From Thermotogaceae bacterium (GTDB taxonomy: Bacteria; Thermotogota; Thermotogae; B21-G9; HyVt-16): a DNA stretch of 64,000 nt. The translations under genes and the position numbers were made by a program. The notes below the pieces were generated by a model. That model saw only the letters and a list, made by a program, of their open reading frames with translations, had not been told where the DNA came from and did no database searches. The stretch spans positions 1,042-65,041 of the forward strand of contig JARRBB010000002.1 of the NCBI GenBank assembly GCA_029981435.1. The letters are read 5' to 3'. This document shows, in pieces, positions 39,258 through 47,914 of the stretch (position 1 is the first letter of the stretch; each line of letters starts with the position of its first letter).

Positions 39258-39740
39258 ATGTTTTTTTCGGTGTTTATTGTGACATTTTTCACTTGGCTAA
39301 TTTTGACTAACAGTCTTGAGCCATCTGAAGTTGTAATCGGTTTGATAGTTTCGATAGTTGTTTCCACTACTTTTACCAGATATTATTCGATAAAATTTGA
39401 TTGGAAACTTCCAGTTAGAATTTTGAGGTTCGTTTTCATTTATCTACCAGTTTTTATATGGGAAATGATAAAAGCAAATCTTGATGTTGCAGTAAGAGTA
39501 CTTAATCCCTCTCTACCTCTTAACCCAGGATTTGTAAAAGTAAAAACATCTTTAAAAGGTAAGAATTCTAAGCTTGCACTTGCAAATTCTATCACACTAA
39601 CTCCCGGAACTCTGACTCTTGACGTGAAAGATGAAGAATTATACATTCATTGGGTCGATGTAAAAGCAACTTCTGAAGAGCAGAAACAAAAACACATAAC
39701 AACGAAATTTGAAAAGATTTTAAAGAAAATCTTTGAATAA
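39258..39740 (+). CDS. Na+/H+ antiporter subunit E-like (MrpE/MnhE; MbxA-like)
   Basis: A 160-aa protein with MnhE-like N-terminal transmembrane helices. It is the first gene of the operon. Confidence 0.75.
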   Translation: MFFSVFIVTFFTWLILTNSLEPSEVVIGLIVSIVVSTTFTRYYSIKFDWKLPVRILRFVFIYLPVFIWEMIKANLDVAVRVLNPSLPLNPGFVKVKTSLKGKNSKLALANSITLTPGTLTLDVKDEELYIHWVDVKATSEEQKQKHITTKFEKILKKIFE

Positions 39741-39791
39741 CTCAGATTTGAAGGGAGGTGTAGTTGTTCCTAAGAGGAACAACATTGAGCC

Positions 39792-40049
39792 ATGAGTATT
39801 TTAAGCTACCTGTTTTTTGGCCTAATTGGCTTGGGAGTAATTTTAGCATTTTTACGCATGATACTTGGTCCTACGAGTGCCGATAGATTAGCAGCTTTAG
39901 ATATGCTGAATATTATACTAACAGGAACAATAGCAATCCTTGCTTTGACTTTCAACAATGGTTTGTATCTGGACATTGCATTGGTGTATGGACTATTATC
40001 TTTCGTTGAAACTATCGTGATAGCAAGATATCTGGAGGCGAAAAAATGA
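39792..40049 (+). CDS. MrpF/MnhF-like subunit (MbxB-like)
   Basis: An 85-aa protein with three transmembrane helices, in the MrpF position. Confidence 0.7.
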   Translation: MSILSYLFFGLIGLGVILAFLRMILGPTSADRLAALDMLNIILTGTIAILALTFNNGLYLDIALVYGLLSFVETIVIARYLEAKK

Positions 40050-40384
40050 GTATAATCGGCTATTTACTGATAATCATCGGAGCTTTTTTTTATTTTCTTG
40101 GTGGTCTCGGTATGTTTAGAATGCCAGATGTATACAACAGGCTTCAGGCTGGTACCAAAGCAACAACCCTCGGAAGTTTTTCAACGCTGTTAGGAGTTGG
40201 ACTGGTCAATCCAGCATTTCTCGGAAAGGCTTTACTCATAATAGCTTTTATAGCTTTAACAAATCCCGTTGGAAGTTCGGTACTTGCCAGAGCAGCTTAT
40301 CTTAAAGGTGTAAAACCAACCTCCAAAACCGTTGTTGATGAATATGCCGACGAAGCAACAAAAAAGGCAGGTGAAGAACAATGA
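40046..40384 (+). CDS. MrpG/MnhG-like subunit (MbxC-like)
   Basis: A 112-aa MnhG-like protein (GGLGMFRMPDVYNRLQAGTKATTLG). Its start overlaps the upstream gene as ATGA. Confidence 0.75.
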   Translation: MSIIGYLLIIIGAFFYFLGGLGMFRMPDVYNRLQAGTKATTLGSFSTLLGVGLVNPAFLGKALLIIAFIALTNPVGSSVLARAAYLKGVKPTSKTVVDEYADEATKKAGEEQ

Positions 40385-40620
40385 CGGCAGCAACGATATT
40401 CGTGGGAATACTTATGGTGATTTCAGGTATACTTGCCATTGAATCAAAAAAGCTTCTTGACTCTTTCATATTCCTCTCTCTTTTAAGCCTTTTATCGGTT
40501 TTCTTATTCATTGTCCTGAAAGCTCCAGATGTTGCCATAACTGAGGCTTCGGTTGGTGCTGGTCTTGTGACAGCTGTGTTAATACTCGCCCTTAGAAAAA
40601 TAGGGGGGGATGAAAAGTGA
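40381..40620 (+). CDS. small membrane subunit (MbxD/MbhD-like, MrpB-N/DUF4040-like)
   Basis: A 79-aa protein with two to three transmembrane helices, overlap-coupled to its neighbours. Confidence 0.6.
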   Translation: MTAATIFVGILMVISGILAIESKKLLDSFIFLSLLSLLSVFLFIVLKAPDVAITEASVGAGLVTAVLILALRKIGGDEK

Positions 40621-41345
40621 GAAGATTTCTTTCAGCGTTGATTGCCCTTGGTTTAATAATAATTCTCCTGGAATTTTTGAATCTTATACCTGATTTTGGA
40701 AATGTTGACCTTTCAAAACGTGTTTCAAATAGTTTTATCAACAAATCTGTCGATGGAAATAACGAAACGATAGAATTTAAAAAATCCAAAGATCTGGAAG
40801 ACGGTTCTGCAAATGTTGTCACATCTATTGTTGTTAATTACAGATCTTTTGATACTCTTGGAGAAGTGACGGTACTTTTTACGGCAGCCTTGGGTGTTGG
40901 GTTGATTCTTAAAGGCCTAAGAAGAAAAAGATTTTACCGAGAACCTAATTTTATCCTTAAAACGGCAAATGGAATACTTTTACCCCTGATATTTTTGTTT
41001 GGTGCATATATTTTCATACACGGGCATTTAACACCTGGGGGCGGATTCCCTGGTGGAACTATTATTGCTGCCGGAATATTAGTTTTATACCTTTCAAATG
41101 AAAAGTTCGAACTCTCTCATAGAGCTAAAATCCTTGAAAGTGGCATGGGAACAGTTTACGTACTGTTTGGATTAGTTGGGTTGATATTGAGTGGGATATT
41201 CTTAAGGAATTTTCTCCCAACAGGTGTTATTGGTGAATTGTTCAGTGCGGGTATCGTTCCTCTGATCTATGTGGCTATAGGCTTTAAAGTTGGTGCAGAG
41301 TTATCCAACTTGATTTCCGAGTTTCAAAAGGAGGGACAACAGTGA
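40617..41345 (+). CDS. MrpB/MnhB-domain membrane subunit (MbxF-like)
   Basis: A 242-aa protein with a GTG start and a MnhB-like C-terminal transmembrane domain. Confidence 0.65.
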   Translation: MRRFLSALIALGLIIILLEFLNLIPDFGNVDLSKRVSNSFINKSVDGNNETIEFKKSKDLEDGSANVVTSIVVNYRSFDTLGEVTVLFTAALGVGLILKGLRRKRFYREPNFILKTANGILLPLIFLFGAYIFIHGHLTPGGGFPGGTIIAAGILVLYLSNEKFELSHRAKILESGMGTVYVLFGLVGLILSGIFLRNFLPTGVIGELFSAGIVPLIYVAIGFKVGAELSNLISEFQKEGQQ

Positions 41346-41677
41346 TTTACTATATATCTATAATACTCATTGGTATTGGAGTTTATGGTTTACTTTCCCA
41401 AAAAAATCTTTTTAAGCATTTGATTTCTCTGGCTTTGATCGATACTGCGATTAATCTTTTTATAGTTTCTACAGGATACATTAATGGAAAAGAGGCACCT
41501 ATATATTCTGAATTTACTCCGATAGCTAATTTTGTTGATCCTCTACCTCAGGCTCTTGTTTTGACTGCGATAGTCATAGGTGTTGGAGTTTTAGCACTTG
41601 GAGCTGCGATGCTTATAAAAATCAAAGAAAAATATGGAACATTGAACGTGGAAGAGATAAGGAGGGGAGATAAATGA
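41342..41677 (+). CDS. MrpC/NuoK-like subunit (MbxG-like)
   Basis: A 111-aa protein with three transmembrane helices and a NuoK/MnhC pattern. Confidence 0.7.
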   Translation: MIYYISIILIGIGVYGLLSQKNLFKHLISLALIDTAINLFIVSTGYINGKEAPIYSEFTPIANFVDPLPQALVLTAIVIGVGVLALGAAMLIKIKEKYGTLNVEEIRRGDK

Positions 41678-43026
41678 TCTCTCTTATGATAGCAATTCCG
41701 CTTTTATTCGCATTTGTATCTATAGTTTTTAAAGGGTTGGCAAAATATGCTTTGCCTTTTATAGTTCTGCTGAACATATTGATTCTATTGATAGCATCAA
41801 CTCCCGTTGTTGAAAACATAGGTGGTTGGAAGGCACCTTTTGGTATTTCACTCGTTCTTGATGACGCGAGTTACTACGTGGTTTTGGTTGTTAATCTGAT
41901 TTTTCTTTTACTCTCTTTAATTCCTCAGATAATTGACAAAGGATATGACACGATTATTCTTTTACTTCTGACATCGACGAATGGTTTGGTACTAACTGGT
42001 GATCTTTTCAATTCTTTTGTTTTTATTGAAATCACAGCCGCAGCTGCTTACATTCTTGCGTATCACAGAAACAACCCTTACGGTGCTTTCAAATACCTTA
42101 TCATAGGTGGAATATCGGGAAGTTTTTATCTCCTTGGAACGATCTTTTCATATGTAGGTGCTGGCTCTTTAAACATGGCACATATATCCAATAATTCTTT
42201 TGGACAGTTAACAGCTGCCATCGCGATCTTGTTTATACTTGGGCTTGGAGTAGAGGCAAAATTGTTTCCATTGGCTGGATGGGTCCCAGATGTATACGCT
42301 TCAGGTTCATCATTAACTCCAACAATACTCGGAACAGCTATTACTTTTGCGATAATGTATCTAACAGGAAGAATATTCATAACAGTTTTACACGGTACCT
42401 TCTTGGATGTGCTGTATATCCTTGGACTTTTAACCGTGATAGTTGGTGAAGTTGCCGCTTTGAGACAAGATAAACTTTTAAGAGCTCTTGCTTACTCGTC
42501 TATCGCACAAGCAGGTTTAGTTGTTGCAGCTATTTCTTTAAACAACATTGATAGTCTAACAGGTGCGTATTTTCATTCGATGAACGACTTAACAGCTAAA
42601 TTCATCTTATTCCCAATAGCAACTGTTGTTATAAAAGGATTTGAAAAAGATAGATTAGCTGGGTTTGCATTTTCTGTCGCATCTTTTTCATTGATAGGTT
42701 TTCCTCTTTTTGCTGGATTTAGAAGTAAACTGTTGATAATCTCCAGTGCTTTTTCGGCAGGAAATTATATACTTCCAGCAGTACTGTTTTTTGCAAGTAT
42801 AGTGGAAGCAGCTTACTTGCTGAAATGGAACATAAAACTATGGTTCGAAAAATCCGATACTTCCAACAACATTCCCTGGAATTTAAAAACAATCGTTCTT
42901 GTACTTTCAATTCTGCTGCTAATTATTGGCATATATCCTGATCTGTATCTTGATGCATCAAGAAAAATAGCACAGTCAATTCTCGATACACAGGGTTACA
43001 TTAACTCTGTACTGGGAGGGATATAA
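41674..43026 (+). CDS. MrpD/NuoN-like proton-conducting antiporter subunit (MbxH-like)
   Basis: A 450-aa protein with about 14 transmembrane helices in the NADH-ubiquinone/plastoquinone complex I antiporter-like family. Confidence 0.75.
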   Translation: MISLMIAIPLLFAFVSIVFKGLAKYALPFIVLLNILILLIASTPVVENIGGWKAPFGISLVLDDASYYVVLVVNLIFLLLSLIPQIIDKGYDTIILLLLTSTNGLVLTGDLFNSFVFIEITAAAAYILAYHRNNPYGAFKYLIIGGISGSFYLLGTIFSYVGAGSLNMAHISNNSFGQLTAAIAILFILGLGVEAKLFPLAGWVPDVYASGSSLTPTILGTAITFAIMYLTGRIFITVLHGTFLDVLYILGLLTVIVGEVAALRQDKLLRALAYSSIAQAGLVVAAISLNNIDSLTGAYFHSMNDLTAKFILFPIATVVIKGFEKDRLAGFAFSVASFSLIGFPLFAGFRSKLLIISSAFSAGNYILPAVLFFASIVEAAYLLKWNIKLWFEKSDTSNNIPWNLKTIVLVLSILLLIIGIYPDLYLDASRKIAQSILDTQGYINSVLGGI

Positions 43027-44856
43027 ATGAGCCAACTTTTGTTGATATTATTTATAGGTAGTTTTCTTGTGTATCTTTTAACACGAATGAACTGGATTAT
43101 TGGAGTACTTGCTAACATTGGATTAGCTATCTATTCTTTTTATAGACTTTTCACATTTAAAGTTGGAACTTCGGAAAGTATCTTTTCTTTGATAGTCAAT
43201 CAAAATGGTACTCTTGTCTACTCAGAGCTTTCAAAGTTCTTTGGAATAATTAGTTTGATAGTCGCTATATCAGTATATTTTTTCCTTATAAACTGGTTGG
43301 AAAAACAAAAAAATCGTGCGGTATTTAATTTCTTTTTAGCCCTTATAACTGCTTCAACGCTCGGGGTTTTTTTCTCGGGAGATTTGCTAACATTATATAT
43401 TTTCTGGGAAATAATGCTTCTCTTCTCTGTTCTATTAGTTCAAATGGGGAAAGAAGATTCAAAAAAAGCAGCACTAAATTATCTAACTATAAGCTTAATA
43501 GGAAGCTACATGTATCTATACGCTGTTTTCATGCTTTGGAATAGATATGGAACATTGGTTATAAAGGACATCGTTCAAAAGATTTCAGTTGAAACATCAA
43601 TTTTCAAGTGGGCAGTACTAATTCTCATAGCTGCTGCTGGAATTGCGAAAAGTGGTATCTTTCCTCTTCATACGTGGCTTCGAACAACTCAAGGTTCTTC
43701 TCCTGATGCATTTAGTGCTATCCTGGCTGGTCAGTTAGAAAAACTCGGGGCTTATATGCTTGTACTTACAGTTGCAGTATTTCCAAGTCTGAAAATGTTC
43801 CCAGTCTTGTACGGTGGAATACCTGTATTCAATTATGTGTTAATTGTTTTAGGTATGATATCTATCTTAATAGGAACACTTATGGCAATAAAACAAAATG
43901 ACATGAAAATGCTTATTGCATACTCGACTGTTTCCAACAGTGGCTACATACTTATAGGGTTAGCTACCATGGATAAAATTGGATTCGCTGGCGGATTATT
44001 TCATGCGTTTAATCACGCTATTGCGTCAGTAATGATTTTTCTATCTTTTGCGGCGGTAATTTACAGAACAAAAACATCCAAAATCGATGAGATGGGCGGA
44101 TTGATTTGGAAAATGCCTTTGACCTTTATAACCTACTTGGTTGGAATAATCTCCCTCGCTGGTATCCCGCCTATGAGTGGATTTATTTCCAAATGGATGA
44201 TATTCGTTGTGCTGGTTAAAAAAGGCATGTTTTTGACTGCAGCTGCTGCATTCATAGGTAGTGTTGGATCTTTCTTGTATGTCTTTAGACCGCTCGCAGG
44301 TGTCTTTTTAGGACAATTGAAGAGTAAACATAAAGATGTCAAAGAAGTTCCAATATTCATGTTGATACCGATGCTCGTATTGGTAGTAATAACAGTATTT
44401 TTTGGAGTTATTCCTGGACCTGTTCTTAACATGATAACTGCCGTAGAGAAAGAGCTTAACATTCAACCACTTGAACACACCATGACAGTTATAAAATCCT
44501 CCGTTGGGCAATGGAATACATTAACCGTATTCACAATGTTTGCTGTTGGCTTCATAATTGCTTTCATACTCTATATGGTGTTTCCAAAAGCTAAGAGAAT
44601 ACCTCTTACAAATCAATATACAGCTGGCGAGTTTCTCTATAACTACGATTTGTATCATTATTCAACCAGATTTTATGCCTTTTTTGAACGACTATATGAA
44701 AAACACCCTTCAGTTGAAAAACTTTACGAAATGTTTGGAAAATTTTTCAAAGATATTGGAGAATTTCTGAATAGATGGTTTTATTCCGCAAGTCCAAGCG
44801 CTTATCTGTTGTGGTTTTCAATAGTACTATTAGCAATATTCTGGGTGAGGTGGTAA
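43027..44856 (+). CDS. MrpA/NuoL-like antiporter-type subunit (MbxH'-like)
   Basis: A 609-aa second antiporter-like subunit (WLRTTQGSSPDAFSAI... TFITYLVGIISLAGIPPMSGFISKW). Confidence 0.75.
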   Translation: MSQLLLILFIGSFLVYLLTRMNWIIGVLANIGLAIYSFYRLFTFKVGTSESIFSLIVNQNGTLVYSELSKFFGIISLIVAISVYFFLINWLEKQKNRAVFNFFLALITASTLGVFFSGDLLTLYIFWEIMLLFSVLLVQMGKEDSKKAALNYLTISLIGSYMYLYAVFMLWNRYGTLVIKDIVQKISVETSIFKWAVLILIAAAGIAKSGIFPLHTWLRTTQGSSPDAFSAILAGQLEKLGAYMLVLTVAVFPSLKMFPVLYGGIPVFNYVLIVLGMISILIGTLMAIKQNDMKMLIAYSTVSNSGYILIGLATMDKIGFAGGLFHAFNHAIASVMIFLSFAAVIYRTKTSKIDEMGGLIWKMPLTFITYLVGIISLAGIPPMSGFISKWMIFVVLVKKGMFLTAAAAFIGSVGSFLYVFRPLAGVFLGQLKSKHKDVKEVPIFMLIPMLVLVVITVFFGVIPGPVLNMITAVEKELNIQPLEHTMTVIKSSVGQWNTLTVFTMFAVGFIIAFILYMVFPKAKRIPLTNQYTAGEFLYNYDLYHYSTRFYAFFERLYEKHPSVEKLYEMFGKFFKDIGEFLNRWFYSASPSAYLLWFSIVLLAIFWVRW

Positions 44857-44858
44857 GA

Positions 44859-45740
44859 ATGACCATATTTAAAGTCGCAGCGGTATTGTTAACTGGTTTC
44901 TTTGTTGGTTTGACTCTTGAAGGAATTGCAAGAAAAATAATCGCCAGAGTTCAGAGAAGGTATGGACCGCCTTGGTATCAGAATTTCATAGATGTGTTCA
45001 AAGCACTTTCAAAACATGGGTTTTCACATGGATGGATATTCGATTTTGGAGTCTTGATGGCTCTTGGTGGGGTTATAGCAACTCTTTCTTTCGTGCCGCT
45101 TGGAAATCTTGTTGCATTTCCAGGACTTGATAATGTTTTTGTAGTATTGTATTTGTTTGCTGTTGGAGCACTTGGTATGGCTATGGGAATGGTCGGTTCG
45201 GGCAATCCCAATGCCTCGATAGGTGTTGCAAGAGCACTTACCCAGATGCTTGGATACGAAGTCCCTTACCTTGTAAGCTTAGCGGCAATTATTTTCTATT
45301 ACAAAACTTCTTCTATAAGTAATCTTATGAACCTGCAAGCTGATAGTTGGAACCTTTTTAAGATGCCAATAGGTGCAGCGGTTGCTTTCATATCTTTAAT
45401 GGGAATGCTCGGAAAAAAACCTTTCGACACACCAATTGCTCCGGCTGAAATAGCTTCAGGGCCGATGGTAGAATTGTCCTCAAAGTACATGGGACTTTTA
45501 ATGTTGATGCATACGTTTTCAATATTCGTAGAAATTTCCCTGTTTGTTGACATATTTCTTGGCGGTGGAAGTTATTTAGTATTTCTTTTAAAGTTCACAG
45601 TAGTGTGGATCATAGCAACGTTGATATCGGCTGTACTGCCACGTTTTAGAATAGAACAGGTTGTAAAATTCTACTGGCGTGTTCCTCTTGGCTTAGCATT
45701 TCTACAAGCATTTTTTGTGTTAATAGGATGGGTCTTTTAG
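44859..45740 (+). CDS. NuoH/MbhM-like membrane subunit (MbxM-like)
   Basis: A NuoH-family membrane subunit (KIIARVQRRYGPPWYQNF... ). The ATG at 44859 follows GAGGTGG. The ORF-track start at 44775 lies inside the upstream gene. Confidence 0.75.
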   Translation: MTIFKVAAVLLTGFFVGLTLEGIARKIIARVQRRYGPPWYQNFIDVFKALSKHGFSHGWIFDFGVLMALGGVIATLSFVPLGNLVAFPGLDNVFVVLYLFAVGALGMAMGMVGSGNPNASIGVARALTQMLGYEVPYLVSLAAIIFYYKTSSISNLMNLQADSWNLFKMPIGAAVAFISLMGMLGKKPFDTPIAPAEIASGPMVELSSKYMGLLMLMHTFSIFVEISLFVDIFLGGGSYLVFLLKFTVVWIIATLISAVLPRFRIEQVVKFYWRVPLGLAFLQAFFVLIGWVF

Positions 45741-45752
45741 GAGGTGCCTGTG

Positions 45753-46292
45753 ATGAGCTATGAAAGAACTATTTGGGAGAAGATAGCTGACAATCTTAGA
45801 AGCAGATCTATGTGGATGCTTCATTATTGTACTGGATGTGGTGCTGTTGAACTACCACCTTCCATGACTTCAAGGTTCGATATGGAAAGGCTTGGTATGG
45901 GCCCAATGGCCACTCCAAGACAAGCTGACATATTTTTAATAACCGGATACCTAAGCGTTAAAACTTTACGAAGAGTTATATACACTTACGAACAAATGCC
46001 AGATCCAAAATACGTTGTTGGTTTTGGTTCATGTACAATCAACGGAGGAATTTACTATGATTCTTATGCAACGATAAATAGAGTAGATTATTACATACCA
46101 GTGGATCTATACATTGCGGGTTGTATGCCAAGACCTGAAGCAATTTTTGAAGCATTTACAGAACTTATGAGAATGATAAGAAAAGGTGAGGCAATAGGCT
46201 GGAAAAAATACAAGGAAAACTACGAATGGTATAAGCAAAATCAGCTTAAGTCCCTCGGGGAGGTGTATGTCCATGATGAATTCCATGAATGA
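45753..46292 (+). CDS. NuoB / [NiFe]-hydrogenase small-subunit-like protein (MbxJ-like) retaining four Cys for a [4Fe-4S] cluster
   Basis: Four Cys residues (HYCTGCGAVE...GFGSCTINGG...YIAGCMPRPE) can coordinate a [4Fe-4S] cluster. The ATG at 45753 follows AGGAGG. Confidence 0.8.
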   Translation: MSYERTIWEKIADNLRSRSMWMLHYCTGCGAVELPPSMTSRFDMERLGMGPMATPRQADIFLITGYLSVKTLRRVIYTYEQMPDPKYVVGFGSCTINGGIYYDSYATINRVDYYIPVDLYIAGCMPRPEAIFEAFTELMRMIRKGEAIGWKKYKENYEWYKQNQLKSLGEVYVHDEFHE

Positions 46293-46803
46293 CTTGTTGG
46301 AAGAACTTAAAAAACTGTTTGGAAACTTCGAAGTACAGGAAATAGATGAAAGAGAAGTAAAAATAGACGTTGAATCAGATAAAGTGGTTGGAATATTAAC
46401 AACCTTAAAAAGCAAAGGATACTCCCATTTATCACTCTTGACATGTGTTGACTGGATTAATGAGAACAAATTCGAACTTATTTATATCCTTTATTCTTGG
46501 CAAAATGGTTGCAAATTCATTGTTGCTACATGGATAGAAAGAAAGAACCCGAAATTTGTAACCGTTATGAATTTATGGCCAGTTGCAAGATTTTACGAAA
46601 GGGAAATACACGAATTTTTTGGTGTTGAATTTGAAGGTAACGATGATATGAAACCACTTATACTGGAACTTTGGGACGACATACCACCTTTGAGGAAAGA
46701 TTTTGACCCGCTTGAATATTCTAAAAAGAAATTCCCTGGAAGACAGTATGATAAAGATGTGATTCAAGAAGCTTTGATCTTCAGAGGTGATAAAAATGGG
46801 TGA
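46267..46803 (+). CDS. NuoC-like 30-kDa subunit (MbxK-like)
   Basis: LSLLTCVDW...WPVARFYEREIHEFFGVEFEG is characteristic of NuoC. Confidence 0.75.
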   Translation: MSMMNSMNDLLEELKKLFGNFEVQEIDEREVKIDVESDKVVGILTTLKSKGYSHLSLLTCVDWINENKFELIYILYSWQNGCKFIVATWIERKNPKFVTVMNLWPVARFYEREIHEFFGVEFEGNDDMKPLILELWDDIPPLRKDFDPLEYSKKKFPGRQYDKDVIQEALIFRGDKNG

Positions 46804-47899
46804 AGTGAAACTTTTCTTTGGTCCAAATCATCCAGGGATGCATGGTAATTTTTCGGTTCATCTGTATGTTGAAGGAGATACAGTTGTAAAGGCAAAACCA
46901 CTTCCTGGTTTTCTTCATAGAGGTTTTGAAAAACTTATGGAAAGAAGAACATGGTTTCAAAACGTTGCACTTATACCTCGTATATGCGTCCCAGAACCTG
47001 ATATAAATGAAGTTTGCTATTCAATGGCAATTGAAAAAATAGCAAAAATTGATGTTCCAGAAAGAGCCCAGTGGATAAGGATGATCGTACTTGAACTTGC
47101 CAGAATAGCCAACCACCTTTGGAGTTTTGCAGGAATAGGAGGCCCCTTAGGACTGTATACTGGCCCATTTTGGGGTGTCGCTGATAGAGATAGAATACTG
47201 GACATCTTTGAACAGCTCACCGGTGCGCGTATTTATCATATGTACATAATACCTGGCGGAGTTAGAAAAGAAATGCCATCAAAGATACAGGATATGATAT
47301 CTCAAACTCTTGATTATATTGAATCAAGGCTACCCGATTACGAAAACTTGATTCTTAGAAACAGGATAGTTCAAACTCGTTTAAAAGGTATTGCACTTCT
47401 TGATAGAGAATCCGCACTTACAATGGGAGTAACCGGCATAGGTTTGAGAGCTACAGGTGTTCCATATGACCTAAGAAAGGTTGACCCATATCTTTACTAT
47501 AACTATGTTGATTTTGAGGTGCCAACAGCCACAGAAGGAGATGCTTATTCAAGGATTAAACTGAAATACTTGGAGATAAAGCAAAGCATAAGGATAATTA
47601 GACAAGTTCTGGAGAAGATGCCAGAAGGTCCAATCAACACGAAATTCAGTGATGGGAATGCTCTGAGATATAGAGTACCCAAAGGTTATGCATATGTCCA
47701 TGTCGAGGCTACAAGAGGTGAATACGGTTACTTCGTTGTTTCGAATGGTGAAGATAAACCATATAGGGTTACTGTAAGAGGCGCATCGTATCCTCAAGGA
47801 CTGTATGGTATAGAAAAGTATTTACCAGGCACAAGAATAGAAGATGTACCGATTTGGCTTGATACTATGGGTGTTTGTGCTCCTGAAATAGACAGATAA
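46796..47899 (+). CDS. NuoD / [NiFe]-hydrogenase large-subunit-like protein lacking both CxxC Ni-Fe ligand pairs (MbxL/Ehr-type)
   Basis: The N-terminal motif is RICVPE instead of RxCGxC, and the C-terminal motif is DTMGVCAPEIDR instead of DPCxxCxxH/R. Each motif therefore has one Cys plus Glu (CxxE). The ATG at 46796 follows GAGGTGA. Confidence 0.75.
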   Translation: MGEVKLFFGPNHPGMHGNFSVHLYVEGDTVVKAKPLPGFLHRGFEKLMERRTWFQNVALIPRICVPEPDINEVCYSMAIEKIAKIDVPERAQWIRMIVLELARIANHLWSFAGIGGPLGLYTGPFWGVADRDRILDIFEQLTGARIYHMYIIPGGVRKEMPSKIQDMISQTLDYIESRLPDYENLILRNRIVQTRLKGIALLDRESALTMGVTGIGLRATGVPYDLRKVDPYLYYNYVDFEVPTATEGDAYSRIKLKYLEIKQSIRIIRQVLEKMPEGPINTKFSDGNALRYRVPKGYAYVHVEATRGEYGYFVVSNGEDKPYRVTVRGASYPQGLYGIEKYLPGTRIEDVPIWLDTMGVCAPEIDR

Positions 47900-47914
47900 C
47901 GGAGGTGCTGTGAA

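Noticed and set aside
46796-47899. Calling the NuoD-like gene a [NiFe]-hydrogenase large subunit (Mbh/Ech type)
   Set aside because: Both CxxC Ni-Fe ligand motifs are replaced by CxxE (RICVPE; GVCAPEIDR), so a hydrogenase active site cannot form. It is annotated as Mbx/Ehr-type instead.
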